Of a stretch of 45,422 bases of DNA, positions 18,806-28,522 are shown piece after piece. Both the position numbers and the translations under genes were made by a program. Below the pieces are notes generated by a model that worked only from the letters and a program-made list of their open reading frames with translations, had not been told where the DNA came from and ran no database searches. Origin of the DNA: Chitinophagaceae bacterium (lineage in GTDB: Bacteria; Bacteroidota; Bacteroidia; Chitinophagales; Chitinophagaceae); assembly GCA_035474355.1 (NCBI GenBank), contig DATINK010000302.1, forward strand, positions 1-45,422, read 5' to 3'. The first letter of the stretch is position 1, and every line of letters starts with the position of its first letter.

Positions 18806-18836
18806 ATATGGTACTTTGTGTTGCATAGTACCAAAT
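18806..18836. promoter_or_regulatory. inverted repeat ATATGGTACT-N11-AGTACCAAAT, candidate PadR operator
   Basis: The GGTACT/AGTACC arms are perfect, with 8 of 10 matches when extended. It overlaps the -33 region of the padR promoter. Confidence 0.35.
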
Positions 18837-18843
18837 ATCGCCC

Positions 18844-18851
18844 TATCTTTG
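18844..18851 (+). promoter_or_regulatory. -7 promoter box TATCTTTG for padR-pspC
   Basis: Exact TAnnTTTG 27 nt upstream of ATG 18879. A TTG at 18821-18823 lies at -33-like spacing. Confidence 0.45.
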
Positions 18852-18878
18852 TGCTAACAATGACGAAAAAGATCATAT

Positions 18879-19229
18879 ATGAACATTGAAAACACACAGA
18901 GCCAGATGCGAAAAGGGATACTGGAGTATTGTATCCTGTCGATCATCCGGAGAGGAGAAGCCTACCCCAGCGATATCGTGGAAGAAATGAAAGCTGCTGG
19001 TTTGAATATCCTGGAAGGGACCCTGTACCCTTTATTGACGAGATTAAAAAATGCAGAGATGCTGACCTATCGTTGGGTGGAAAGTAATTCGGGTCCGCCC
19101 CGAAAATATTTTTCCCTGACAGAAAAAGGAGAAAGTTTTTACAAGGAGCTGGAACTAACCTGGAATGAACTCTCGAACGGAGTGAATAAACTGGCCAGTA
19201 AAAAGAATAACGAACCCAACCATCCATAA
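18879..19229 (+). CDS. PadR family transcriptional regulator
   Basis: 116 aa. Winged-helix motif EGTLYPLLTRLKNAEMLTYRW...PRKYFSLTEKG. Confidence 0.9.
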   Translation: MNIENTQSQMRKGILEYCILSIIRRGEAYPSDIVEEMKAAGLNILEGTLYPLLTRLKNAEMLTYRWVESNSGPPRKYFSLTEKGESFYKELELTWNELSNGVNKLASKKNNEPNHP

Positions 19230-19276
19230 AAGACCAACCGTTAACAAGTGCAGACTTCAACCAATAATATTTCAAA

Positions 19277-21397
19277 ATGAAAAAGATCATCAACATTAAC
19301 TTAAGCGGCCGCGTAGTCCCGATAGAAGATGTGGCGTATGAAAAACTCCAGGCTTATATCGAAAGCCTGCGCCGCTATTTCGCCAATGAAGAGGGAAGGG
19401 ATGAGATCATCAATGATATTGAAAGCCGTATCGCCGAGATCATGAGCGAAAAAGTCAGGCTGGGTGCTGCCGCGATTACAGACGCAGATGTAAATGAGAT
19501 CATTGCTTCCATGGGACGGCCCGAAGATTTTGATGCCGTCGACAATGAACCCGCTACTGCTTCCAGCGCTTCCCGGCAACAAGGTCAACAGCAGGAACAG
19601 ACCTATACTAAAAAGCGCAGGAGACTCTACCGCGACAGTACCGATAAAATTATCGGCGGAGTTTGTGCGGGCCTTGCCAATTACATGAATGTTGATCCGG
19701 CGATTATCCGCCTTTTATTTGCCATCATCACATTCGGTGGATTTGGATTCGGCATACTTATCTATATAATATTATGGATCGTGCTGCCGGTCACCGACCT
19801 GGACGAATTCAAAGGAAAACGTCTTTACCGCGATGCGGATAACAAAATAATAGGTGGCGTTGGTGGCGGCCTTGCTGCTTATTTTGGCAGGGAACCCTGG
19901 CTGATCCGTCTCATTTTTGCAGCCCCTATGATCCTGAATATTTTTTTCCGGATACTCAGGTCTTCTATTTACCATGAAGGATCCTTTGTACCCGGCATCG
20001 TATTCGGTTCTTTGGCAGGGACATTCATCCTGGCGTATATCATTCTTTGGATCGTTTTGCCGGAGGCGAGAAGTCAATATCAAAAAATGGAAATGAGAGG
20101 AGAGAAAGTGGATGTGAACACTATTCGCCAGAATGTGCAGGATGAAATGCACAATGTAAAAGGAAGAATGAAAGAATGGGGACAGGAAGTAAAAGGTACG
20201 GCCGCTGAACTGGGAGGCAAGGCAAAAGAATTTGCCAACACAAGAGGACGTGCATTTGCCAATGAAGCCGGTGATGCCGCAAGAAGAACGGGCCGCAGGT
20301 TAGGCCATGTCATTGCCGTTCTATTCAAAGTATTTTTCCTTTTCATCGCCGGTACGATCGCATTTGGATTGTTTGTTGGCTTGCTGGGACTGGTATTCGG
20401 AGGGATTGGAATATGGCCATTGAAAAATTTCATTCTCGATGGTTTCTGGCAAAACACATTTGCATGGGGGACCCTCGTATTGTTCCTGGGTGTTCCATTG
20501 GTAGGATTCATCATCTGGGTATTACGCCGCATCATGCGTGTAAGATCACAGAGTAATTACCTGGGTTGGACATTCGGAGGATTGTGGACCCTGGGTTGGA
20601 TCTCCGTTGCCTGTTTCGTTTCCAGCATGATGAATGATTTCAGAATGAGCAATGGAAGAATGGAGCCAGCACCCATGACCATTACTCAACCAGTGAATGG
20701 AAAGATGATCGTAAAAGTAAGCGAACCCGAAGTTGAATATAGCGGGTCCATGCCCTGGATCGATATTGACGGGAGTGGACTGGATGTGACAAGAGACACG
20801 CTTCGGTTGGCGAATGTGAAAATAATGGTGGAATTAAGTAAGGATGCAGCCTACCATGTTGATATCAAAAAATTCAGCCGGGGAAGAACGGTAGCCGATG
20901 CAAATGAAAAAGCGCAAAAGATGTTGTTCAGCGCTTCTTACCAGGATAGTGTGTTGGATGTGAGCAGCGGGATCACGATCTCTAAGGAAAGTAAATTCCG
21001 CGGTCAACAAGCCATTGTGATCATTCATGTTCCTGCTGGAAAAAAGATCCGCTTCGATGAATCGATCAGGAAATTGCACGACTTCAATGTCCATATCGGG
21101 GATTCACGTCGCTGGAACAGGAGAAACAGGGATTACGACTATTACGAAGAAGACTTCAATTACGGGACCGGTATTGATTATACAATGGATAGCAATGGGG
21201 AACTGAAAGATCCCGAGGGAAAAACGCCCAATTACAATTACAGGTATGGGGCAAATGACAGCAGGACAAATCAAGCTACACCATCGGACAGCAATCAAAA
21301 TTTTGAAGAGTTAAAGAGACAGATCCATGAAGAAAGTGAAAGGAAGATCAGGGAGATTGAAAAGCAACAAAAAGAGAGTGGGAAAAAGAGTCAATGA
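19277..21397 (+). CDS. PspC domain-containing membrane protein (two PspC domains)
   Basis: 706 aa. DKIIGGVCAGLANYMNVDPAIIRLLFAI and NKIIGGVGGGLAAYFGREPWLIRLIFA, plus multiple TM segments. Confidence 0.85.
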   Translation: MKKIININLSGRVVPIEDVAYEKLQAYIESLRRYFANEEGRDEIINDIESRIAEIMSEKVRLGAAAITDADVNEIIASMGRPEDFDAVDNEPATASSASRQQGQQQEQTYTKKRRRLYRDSTDKIIGGVCAGLANYMNVDPAIIRLLFAIITFGGFGFGILIYIILWIVLPVTDLDEFKGKRLYRDADNKIIGGVGGGLAAYFGREPWLIRLIFAAPMILNIFFRILRSSIYHEGSFVPGIVFGSLAGTFILAYIILWIVLPEARSQYQKMEMRGEKVDVNTIRQNVQDEMHNVKGRMKEWGQEVKGTAAELGGKAKEFANTRGRAFANEAGDAARRTGRRLGHVIAVLFKVFFLFIAGTIAFGLFVGLLGLVFGGIGIWPLKNFILDGFWQNTFAWGTLVLFLGVPLVGFIIWVLRRIMRVRSQSNYLGWTFGGLWTLGWISVACFVSSMMNDFRMSNGRMEPAPMTITQPVNGKMIVKVSEPEVEYSGSMPWIDIDGSGLDVTRDTLRLANVKIMVELSKDAAYHVDIKKFSRGRTVADANEKAQKMLFSASYQDSVLDVSSGITISKESKFRGQQAIVIIHVPAGKKIRFDESIRKLHDFNVHIGDSRRWNRRNRDYDYYEEDFNYGTGIDYTMDSNGELKDPEGKTPNYNYRYGANDSRTNQATPSDSNQNFEELKRQIHEESERKIREIEKQQKESGKKSQ

Positions 21398-22131
21398 AAG
21401 ACAATTTTTCAAAAGATGCGGGCGCATATGCAAAATACAGGCCAGTCTATCCGCAGGCCCTATATGATTTTGTCTGCCATCATGTAAAAGAAAAAAATGT
21501 TGCCTGGGATTGCGGTACAGGCAATGGCCAGGCTGCGAAAGAACTTGCCCGGGTCTTTACAAATGTATGGGCGACGGATATCAGTCAACAGCAGATCGAT
21601 CATGCCAGCCAGGCTGAAAACATTATTTATTCTGTTCAACCGGCGGAAAAAACCAATTTCCCGGCGAACGCTACGGATCTCATAACTGTTTCCCAGGCAC
21701 TTCACTGGTTTCACTTCGATGAATTTTATAAAGAAGTGAAGCGGGTAGGGAAAAATGGATCCTGGATCGCAACCTGGATGTATTCATTGCTGACCATTTC
21801 ACCAGCGATAGACCAGCTGATCAACCAGCAATTTTATACAGCATTACTCGGGCCCTACTGGGACCCGGAACGAAAACACGTGGACAATCATTATACATCC
21901 ATTCCTTTCCCCTTTCGCGAAATACCCACCCCTGTATTTAATATGGAATATGAATGGACGGCATCCGAACTCGCCGGTTATTTGCGAACCTGGTCAGCGG
22001 TAAAAAAATTCATTGCCGAAAACGGGTCAGACCCGGTGGATGAACTCATGCATAAAATTTCCATTCATTGGATGACCGAAAAAATGAAAGTGCTTTTTCC
22101 CCTGCACTTGCGGATGGGACAAATTGTCTAA
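21394..22131 (+). CDS. class I SAM-dependent methyltransferase
   Basis: 245 aa. SAM motif I VAWDCGTGNGQAA. ATGA overlap with the upstream gene. Confidence 0.8.
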   Translation: MKDNFSKDAGAYAKYRPVYPQALYDFVCHHVKEKNVAWDCGTGNGQAAKELARVFTNVWATDISQQQIDHASQAENIIYSVQPAEKTNFPANATDLITVSQALHWFHFDEFYKEVKRVGKNGSWIATWMYSLLTISPAIDQLINQQFYTALLGPYWDPERKHVDNHYTSIPFPFREIPTPVFNMEYEWTASELAGYLRTWSAVKKFIAENGSDPVDELMHKISIHWMTEKMKVLFPLHLRMGQIV

Positions 22132-22160
22132 AGGGGCCCTCGGGAAAAATGAAATTGCTC

Positions 22161-22168
22161 TACCTTTG
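22161..22168 (+). promoter_or_regulatory. -7 promoter box TACCTTTG for gcvT
   Basis: Exact TAnnTTTG 17 nt upstream of ATG 22186. Confidence 0.4.
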
Positions 22169-22185
22169 CGGACAATTTTACCGGC

Positions 22186-23271
22186 ATGAAGAATACTGCA
22201 TTTACAGAAAAACATATTTCCCTCGGAGCTAAAATGGCCGCATTTGCCGGGTACAATATGCCGATCAGCTACAGCGGGATCAACGATGAGCACCAGGCCG
22301 TACGTAAGAATGCCGGGATCTTCGATGTAAGTCATATGGGGGAATTCATCATCAAGGGGGAGCACGCATTGGGCCTGATCCAGCAAGTGACCAGTAATGA
22401 TGCCAGTAAACTAACGGCCGGCAAAGCGCAATACAGTTGCCTGCCCAATGAAGAAGGGGGGATCATCGACGACCTGTTGGTGTATTGCATAGAAGAGAAC
22501 AAAGTTTACATGCTTGTGGTCAATGCTTCCAATATTGAAAAAGACTGGCATTGGATCAGCAAACACAATAAGCACCATGCAGAAATGCATAATATTTCCG
22601 ATAAAACCTGTTTATTGGCGATCCAGGGTCCCCATGCCACGAAGATCCTGCAGCCACTGACGGAGATGGATATTCTGAACCTGAAGTATTACACATTTGT
22701 AAAAGGAAAATTCGCCGGTGTCGACAATGTATTGATCAGCGCCACGGGTTATACCGGTGCGGGAGGAGTAGAGATCTATTTTGAAGACAGGGGGGATGAC
22801 GCTGAAAAGATTTGGGATGCCATTTTTAAACAAGGAGCCCCGCAAGGACTTAAGCCCATAGGGTTGGGTGCCCGGGATACGCTGCGCTTAGAGATGGGCT
22901 ATTGCCTCTATGGCAATGATATTGATGATACCACTTCGCCACTCGAGGCAGGTTTGGGCTGGATCACTAAATTCACGAAAGAATTTGTCGCAAGAAATAT
23001 ACTGGAAGAACAAAAGGAAACAGGACTGGAAAGAAAATTAGTAGGAATAGAAATGCTGGAGAAAGGGATACCCAGGCAGGGATACGAGATCAAGGATTTT
23101 TCGGGAGCCAATATCGGTTCGGTTACTTCGGGCACTCAATCTCCCAGTTTGAATAAAGCGATTGCCATGGGGTATGTACGAACACCTTTTTCTGCGATCG
23201 GTTCGAATATTTACATCAGGGTAAGAGATAAACTACTGCAAGCCGTAGTTGTCAAGATACCTTTTAGTTAA
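22186..23271 (+). CDS. gcvT: glycine cleavage system aminomethyltransferase
   Basis: 361 aa. [20 protein letters not shown] and [17 protein letters not shown] motifs. Confidence 0.95.
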   Translation: MKNTAFTEKHISLGAKMAAFAGYNMPISYSGINDEHQAVRKNAGIFDVSHMGEFIIKGEHALGLIQQVTSNDASKLTAGKAQYSCLPNEEGGIIDDLLVYCIEENKVYMLVVNASNIEKDWHWISKHNKHHAEMHNISDKTCLLAIQGPHATKILQPLTEMDILNLKYYTFVKGKFAGVDNVLISATGYTGAGGVEIYFEDRGDDAEKIWDAIFKQGAPQGLKPIGLGARDTLRLEMGYCLYGNDIDDTTSPLEAGLGWITKFTKEFVARNILEEQKETGLERKLVGIEMLEKGIPRQGYEIKDFSGANIGSVTSGTQSPSLNKAIAMGYVRTPFSAIGSNIYIRVRDKLLQAVVVKIPFS

Positions 23272-23323
23272 ATCTGTTTAGTGTGGCGCATAGATTGCTG
23301 TTATTGTTGATCCAATTTCAATT

Positions 23324-23800
23324 ATGCCAACGATACACCTGACAACATTCATTGCTGCGCCGGTAGATATAGTCTTTGACCTGTCAAGGAATATTGATCT
23401 GCATAAAAAATCTATGTCAGCATTCAAAGAAGAAGCCGTTGCGGGTACACGCTTCGGATTGATTGAAAAAGAAGATACGGTAACCTGGAAGGCAAAACAC
23501 CTGATGAAAAACAGGCTGCTTCGGGTTAAGATCACGGGGATGCAGAAGCCGGATCATTTTACCGACGAACAATTGCAAGGCGATTTTAAGGAAATGAAAC
23601 ATGAACATCATTTCAAGCCCTGTGAGAACGGTACGATCATGATCGACCTGCTTTACTTTGAATCGCCCTATGGATTATTAGGCAAATGGTTCAATAGTCT
23701 TTACCTCACAAAATATATCCGGAAATTGCTTGAACATAAAAACAAGGTCATTAAAGAGTATGCCGAGAGTGATAAATGGAAAAAACTGCTGATCAAATAA
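23324..23800 (+). CDS. SRPBCC (START/Bet v1-like) family protein
   Basis: 158 aa. Size and the N-terminal pattern IHLTTFIAAPVDIVFDLSRNIDLH are typical of the family. Function unknown. Confidence 0.65.
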   Translation: MPTIHLTTFIAAPVDIVFDLSRNIDLHKKSMSAFKEEAVAGTRFGLIEKEDTVTWKAKHLMKNRLLRVKITGMQKPDHFTDEQLQGDFKEMKHEHHFKPCENGTIMIDLLYFESPYGLLGKWFNSLYLTKYIRKLLEHKNKVIKEYAESDKWKKLLIK

Positions 23801-23810
23801 AACAACCACC

Positions 23811-24536
23811 TTGAACAAGCCCACCCTTCATACTTCCCTGACTCCGTCTGTTTTGCATTTATATGATGTAAGTAATAGCATCGTCGTGATCATTGACGTG
23901 CTGCGGGCAACGTCTACGATCGCGACGGCATTATATAATGGTGCGCGCTGTGTGATCCCGGTCGACAGTGTGAGCCGTTGTATTGAATTGGGGAAACAGA
24001 TCGATGGCATTACTGCAGGAGAAAGGGATGGAAAGATCGCAGAAGGACTGGTATATGGAAACTCGCCATTTGAATACCCCCGTGAATTCATTGAGGGGAA
24101 GACCCTTGTATTAACGACAACCAATGGGACGCGTCTCCTGCAGATGGCATTGGATAAAGGCGCTAAAGAGATTCTCACAGGTTCTTTTCCGAATTTATCA
24201 GCTGTCTGCGATCATCTTGCCAATGCAAAACAAAATGTCGTACTCGGCTGCGCAGCCTGGCGGGATAAGATCAACCTGGAAGACACATTATTTGCCGGGG
24301 CGGTGATCTCCGCGATCGGGAAAAATTTTTCCATCAACTGTGATGCCTCCCGCATCGCTGAAAATTTATTTGAAAAAGCAAAGAAGGATCTCTTTGGATT
24401 CATGAATAAAAATGAGGCTTCGCACTATCATCGTTTGATGGGCTTTGGTCTTGAAAAAGATATCCGGTATTGCTTACAGGCAGATGGCGCGAATGTGTTG
24501 CCGGTATACAGGGAAGGAAAACTGGTTACCGGCTAA
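23811..24536 (+). CDS. 2-phosphosulfolactate phosphatase (ComB) family protein
   Basis: 241 aa. VVIIDVLRATSTIATAL motif. TTG start. Confidence 0.75.
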   Translation: MNKPTLHTSLTPSVLHLYDVSNSIVVIIDVLRATSTIATALYNGARCVIPVDSVSRCIELGKQIDGITAGERDGKIAEGLVYGNSPFEYPREFIEGKTLVLTTTNGTRLLQMALDKGAKEILTGSFPNLSAVCDHLANAKQNVVLGCAAWRDKINLEDTLFAGAVISAIGKNFSINCDASRIAENLFEKAKKDLFGFMNKNEASHYHRLMGFGLEKDIRYCLQADGANVLPVYREGKLVTG

Positions 24537-24595
24537 ACCAACCTGCTAAGATACTCCCTTTTTTCTGCACTTTTTGCTGATAAAAATTATTTTTT

Positions 24596-24619
24596 ATTTC
24601 CTTTTAATTGCAAGGAAAT
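24596..24619. other. 8-bp perfect hairpin ATTTCCTT-N8-AAGGAAAT upstream of the SNF2 promoter
   Basis: Seen directly. No downstream T-run, so its role (operator or weak terminator) is unclear. Confidence 0.3.
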
Positions 24620-24635
24620 CCGGATCACATTCTTT

Positions 24636-24643
24636 TACATTTG
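24636..24643 (+). promoter_or_regulatory. -7 promoter box TACATTTG for the SNF2 helicase gene
   Basis: Exact TAnnTTTG 27 nt upstream of ATG 24671. It overlaps the 11-mer TTGCCGATTGC (24641-24651). Confidence 0.4.
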
Positions 24644-24670
24644 CCGATTGCCCTTTTTTGAAAAAACACT

Positions 24671-27600
24671 ATGGCTTTACCGCACCTGCTCAAATACGTT
24701 TATACCCATGGAACTGATGAAGTGATCCGGAGAGGAAAAAAGATCCACGCAATCGGTTATGCTGAATTGGTAGAATACGATGAACTGTTTGGTTCCGCAG
24801 TCTTCCGCGTGAAGGATGACAGTTATTCCATTTACTATAAAGTTTACATTCAGAAATTCAAGGATCCGGGCGCTACTTCTTTGCGCTGTGGGTGTCCTTA
24901 TAACTTAGGGGATATCTGCAGGCATGAAGCTGCTGCGCTTTTCCAGTTACAGGAAATGATAGATCGCGGCCACCTCCAGGCGGATGAAATACAGTACAAC
25001 CAGCGGCACACAGTCGCTAAAATGAAAACCATCGAGCTGAAGACACTTCGTTTGCTTTCTTCACCGGAATCCTTTACCGAGGCAGAAGTTTTTTTAAGAA
25101 CCGGGAAGGCAGCGATCGAAAGTGCAGGAAATGAAACCGTAAAAGCCAGCGTGGTACTGGAAGGGAAAAGATATACCGTTATTATCCGTAAAAACGAGGA
25201 AAGGAATTTTGATACCAGCTGCGATTATGAAGACACGCAACATCCCCTTTGTCTTCCCAAGATCATTGTATTCCTGCAGTTGCTTCATTCTTATGGAGCA
25301 GGCTATTTTGATTCCATCCGGAACTGGGATAAGGAAAAAAACAAACTGCTGGAAGCTTATGGATATTCTTTAAGCGACGACCTGAATGGAAAATTTGAGT
25401 TCGCGTATAAGGATGGAAAACCATTTCTGCGCGTTCTTGACAGCAGCATCAAACGTGTCGTAACGATTGCTACCCCACCCAAACCGGTGATCATTCCTCA
25501 ACAAGTTGCCGAAGAACCCAGCGAGCAGGAAGAAGAAATTCAGAAACCCTCCCAACGACTGGGCGTGGTTTTCAATTTTAATAAAAAAAATTACCCCCGC
25601 TTTATTGTAGACGTGGTGGCGGGGGAACCCAATGATAACAACGATGGGTTTTTAGGAAAGGTCGAAAAAATCGATATTGGCCGCTATGTGAACACCGATA
25701 ATTTATCGGAGGGGGACAGGGAATTGCTTGCCCTTTTGCGCAAACTACAGGAAACGGAGATCAATAAATATATCAGTCGCAACTCACCTTTTTCCGGGAT
25801 CTGGGAAAATATCATTCACCAGGAAGAAGACGACCTCCCGGAGGAAACCAGGGAACTGATGACGGAATATTTCCTGCCTAAGTTGAAAAAAATTTTCGCG
25901 GATTCCGCAGATGGACAGTTTGTTTTTCTGTTGCCGGAGAAGAAAACTTTCAAGACGAATAATCTCGAGGGATTGCAGTTGATACCTGAAGAGGCCAGGC
26001 CTCATTTTACGATCAGGAAAAATTCACATTACCAGGTAATATGCCGTGTGAAAGCAGGCGGAATTGATTACGACCTCGCCGATAATGAAAGCCCGAGTCC
26101 ACTGTTCTTTATGTACAATCACCAGGTGCATCTATGGAAGAATAGCGAGGTGATCCGGCTCATTGAAAAATTTCTGCCTGGTGGAAAGATGACGATCCCC
26201 GCGGAAGAATGGAACAAGACACTTGTCCAGTTTTTGCTTCCCTTAGCTCGGGAACATAAAATGGATTTTGATAAAAGCCTGGTCCAGGAAATCAAGGATG
26301 GCAGCCCGGAAGTAAAATTATTTCTCCAGGAAAAAGGGGATTACCTCATTTTTCAGCCGTCCTTCTCTTATAAAGGGTTTGAAACAAGGGCCAGGGACAG
26401 GGATGAGGTCGTGATCCCGCAGGGAGATAAAGTAGTGATCGTGCATCGTAACCGGGAAGCGGAGAATGCTTTCATCCATAAAATGCAAAACCTGCATTCC
26501 AATTTCATTTTTAATGAAGAAACGGCTTCTCTTGCCTTGAAAGGAACGGACGTACTGAAAAATAACTGGTTCTTCTTATTCGTGGACGCCATGAAGGATA
26601 TGAAGACGCCGGTATACGGATTTGAAGCGCTTCGGAATTTCCGGTTTAATACCGCCAAGCCACAAACAAAAATATTTATCAGCAGCAATACAGATTGGTT
26701 CGATGCCCGTGTAGATATCCTGTTCGGGGATCAGAAAGTAACCGTAGCTGAAGTAAAAAGAGCATTGGCCAATAAACAGCAGTTCGTGCAGCTGAATGAC
26801 GGAACATTAGGGATTCTGCCCGAAGAGTGGCTGAAAAAATACGCGCTCCTGTTTCGTGTGGGAGAAGGAAAAACAAATTCTTTGAAATTATCGCGTTACC
26901 ACATGAGCGTGGTAGATGAACTTTATGAAACGCGTGATGAAGAAGAGTTGGTGGTACAGCTGGAAGAAAAATATGAAAGCTTACGCCAGTTCAACAAAAT
27001 AAAAGAGATCGACCCTCCCTATCATTTGAAAATGATCCTGCGTCCTTACCAGGTAGCCGGGTATCAATGGCTGAATTACCTCGCCGAAGTGAAATGGGGT
27101 GGAATACTGGCGGATGATATGGGTCTTGGTAAAACCGTACAGGCCCTTTCATTCATCGAATATTATAAAGCGGTCAATGGGAAGTTAAAAGCCCTGGTAG
27201 TTTGCCCTACAACACTTATTTATAACTGGGAAAATGAGATAAAAAAATTCACGCCTTCTTTAACCTATAGAATCCATCACGGCGGAGGCCGCACCCGGAT
27301 GAAAGAAGAACTGGCGAGCCAGGATGTTACGATCACTACTTATGGAACTTTGCGCAGTGATATCAAATTACTGATGGGCGTTGAATTCGACTATGTGATA
27401 CTGGATGAATCGCAGGCGATTAAAAACCCTTCCAGCAAAGTAACCCGGGCAGCCGGCCTGTTAAATTCAAAGCACCGGCTTTGCATGAGTGGTACACCCC
27501 TGCAGAATAATACGTTTGACATTTTTGCACAGATGAACTTCCTGAACCCGGGAATGCTGGGAACCATGGAATTTTTCCGGCAGGAATTTGCCATGCCCAT

Positions 27601-28426
27601 CGATAAATTCGGGGAGCAGGACAGGAAAGAACATCTCAAGAAAATACTTTATCCTTTTATTCTCCGCCGGACGAAAGAGCAGGTAGCGAAAGATCTTCCG
27701 GAAAAACAGGAAATGATCCTGTTCTGCGAAATGGAAGAAGAACAAAGAAGGATCTATGATGCTTACAGGAATGAGTTCCGTAACCAGATATTGGGAACCA
27801 TTGAAGCCCAGGGTATCCAGAAATCACAATTGACCATCTTGCAGGGATTGATGAAGCTCCGGCAGATCTGCGACTCTCCGGCAATATTGAACGAGACAGA
27901 AAAATTCGGCAATCATTCCATTAAGCTTGATGAACTGGCGCGCGAGATCACGGAAAATATCGGGGATCATAAAGCACTTATTTTTTCTCAGTTCCTGGGT
28001 ATGTTGGCCCTGATCCGCGAAAAACTTAAGGAATTGAATGTGTCTTACGAATATTTTGATGGAAGCACTTCAGCACCTGACCGTGAGAAAGCGATACAGA
28101 GTTTTCAAAATGATGATACAGTAAGGGTTTTCCTCATCTCTCTCAAAGCAGGTGGTGTGGGGCTCAACCTTACCGCTGCCGACTATGTATATGTCGTGGA
28201 TCCCTGGTGGAACCCGGCTGTTGAGCAACAAGCCATCGACCGGACCCACCGGATTGGCCAAACTAAGAACATATTTGCCTACCGGATGATCTGTAAGGAT
28301 ACTATCGAAGACAAGATCATTCAGTTACAGGAAAAGAAAAGGCTGCTGGCCAAGGAGTTAATTGCGGATGACACCAGTTTTGTCAAATCCCTTTCCAGGG
28401 AGGACGTTGAATACCTATTTAGCTAA
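24671..28426 (+). CDS. SWIM zinc finger / SNF2-associated domain / SNF2-family ATPase-helicase
   Basis: 1251 aa. SWIM CxCx7CxH (CGCPYNLGDICRH, nt 24887-24925). Helicase motifs LADDMGLGKT, DESQAIKN and a C-terminal HRIGQ. Confidence 0.9.
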   Translation: MALPHLLKYVYTHGTDEVIRRGKKIHAIGYAELVEYDELFGSAVFRVKDDSYSIYYKVYIQKFKDPGATSLRCGCPYNLGDICRHEAAALFQLQEMIDRGHLQADEIQYNQRHTVAKMKTIELKTLRLLSSPESFTEAEVFLRTGKAAIESAGNETVKASVVLEGKRYTVIIRKNEERNFDTSCDYEDTQHPLCLPKIIVFLQLLHSYGAGYFDSIRNWDKEKNKLLEAYGYSLSDDLNGKFEFAYKDGKPFLRVLDSSIKRVVTIATPPKPVIIPQQVAEEPSEQEEEIQKPSQRLGVVFNFNKKNYPRFIVDVVAGEPNDNNDGFLGKVEKIDIGRYVNTDNLSEGDRELLALLRKLQETEINKYISRNSPFSGIWENIIHQEEDDLPEETRELMTEYFLPKLKKIFADSADGQFVFLLPEKKTFKTNNLEGLQLIPEEARPHFTIRKNSHYQVICRVKAGGIDYDLADNESPSPLFFMYNHQVHLWKNSEVIRLIEKFLPGGKMTIPAEEWNKTLVQFLLPLAREHKMDFDKSLVQEIKDGSPEVKLFLQEKGDYLIFQPSFSYKGFETRARDRDEVVIPQGDKVVIVHRNREAENAFIHKMQNLHSNFIFNEETASLALKGTDVLKNNWFFLFVDAMKDMKTPVYGFEALRNFRFNTAKPQTKIFISSNTDWFDARVDILFGDQKVTVAEVKRALANKQQFVQLNDGTLGILPEEWLKKYALLFRVGEGKTNSLKLSRYHMSVVDELYETRDEEELVVQLEEKYESLRQFNKIKEIDPPYHLKMILRPYQVAGYQWLNYLAEVKWGGILADDMGLGKTVQALSFIEYYKAVNGKLKALVVCPTTLIYNWENEIKKFTPSLTYRIHHGGGRTRMKEELASQDVTITTYGTLRSDIKLLMGVEFDYVILDESQAIKNPSSKVTRAAGLLNSKHRLCMSGTPLQNNTFDIFAQMNFLNPGMLGTMEFFRQEFAMPIDKFGEQDRKEHLKKILYPFILRRTKEQVAKDLPEKQEMILFCEMEEEQRRIYDAYRNEFRNQILGTIEAQGIQKSQLTILQGLMKLRQICDSPAILNETEKFGNHSIKLDELAREITENIGDHKALIFSQFLGMLALIREKLKELNVSYEYFDGSTSAPDREKAIQSFQNDDTVRVFLISLKAGGVGLNLTAADYVYVVDPWWNPAVEQQAIDRTHRIGQTKNIFAYRMICKDTIEDKIIQLQEKKRLLAKELIADDTSFVKSLSREDVEYLFS

Positions 28427-28495
28427 AATTCAATTACTTAAACGATTTCAGCGCCTTTTAACAAGCACCCGAAGTTTTTTCGGATACTCTACGTC

Positions 28496-28503
28496 TAATT
28501 TCG
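28496..28503 (+). promoter_or_regulatory. variant -7 box TAATTTCG for outer membrane protein paralog 1
   Basis: One mismatch to TAnnTTTG. There are 19 nt between the box and the ATG, the same spacing as in paralog 2. Confidence 0.35.
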
Positions 28504-28522
28504 TACGCTATTTCAACAAATT

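Noticed and set aside
22132-22185. Glycine riboswitch upstream of gcvT.
   Set aside because: Only 54 nt separate the upstream stop from the gcvT ATG, and a promoter box sits 17 nt from the start. There is no room for an aptamer.
24671-28426. The SWIM-SNF2 helicase as part of a defence or novel system.
   Set aside because: The SWIM finger, SNF2-associated middle region and SNF2 ATPase form a known stand-alone bacterial architecture. The flanking genes (a ComB-like phosphatase and an outer membrane protein) show no nuclease, methylase or other defence partner.
28470-28486. Hairpin CCGAA-GTTTT-TTCGG after the SNF2 gene as a terminator.
   Set aside because: The stem is only 5 bp and there is no following T-run, which is too weak to call.
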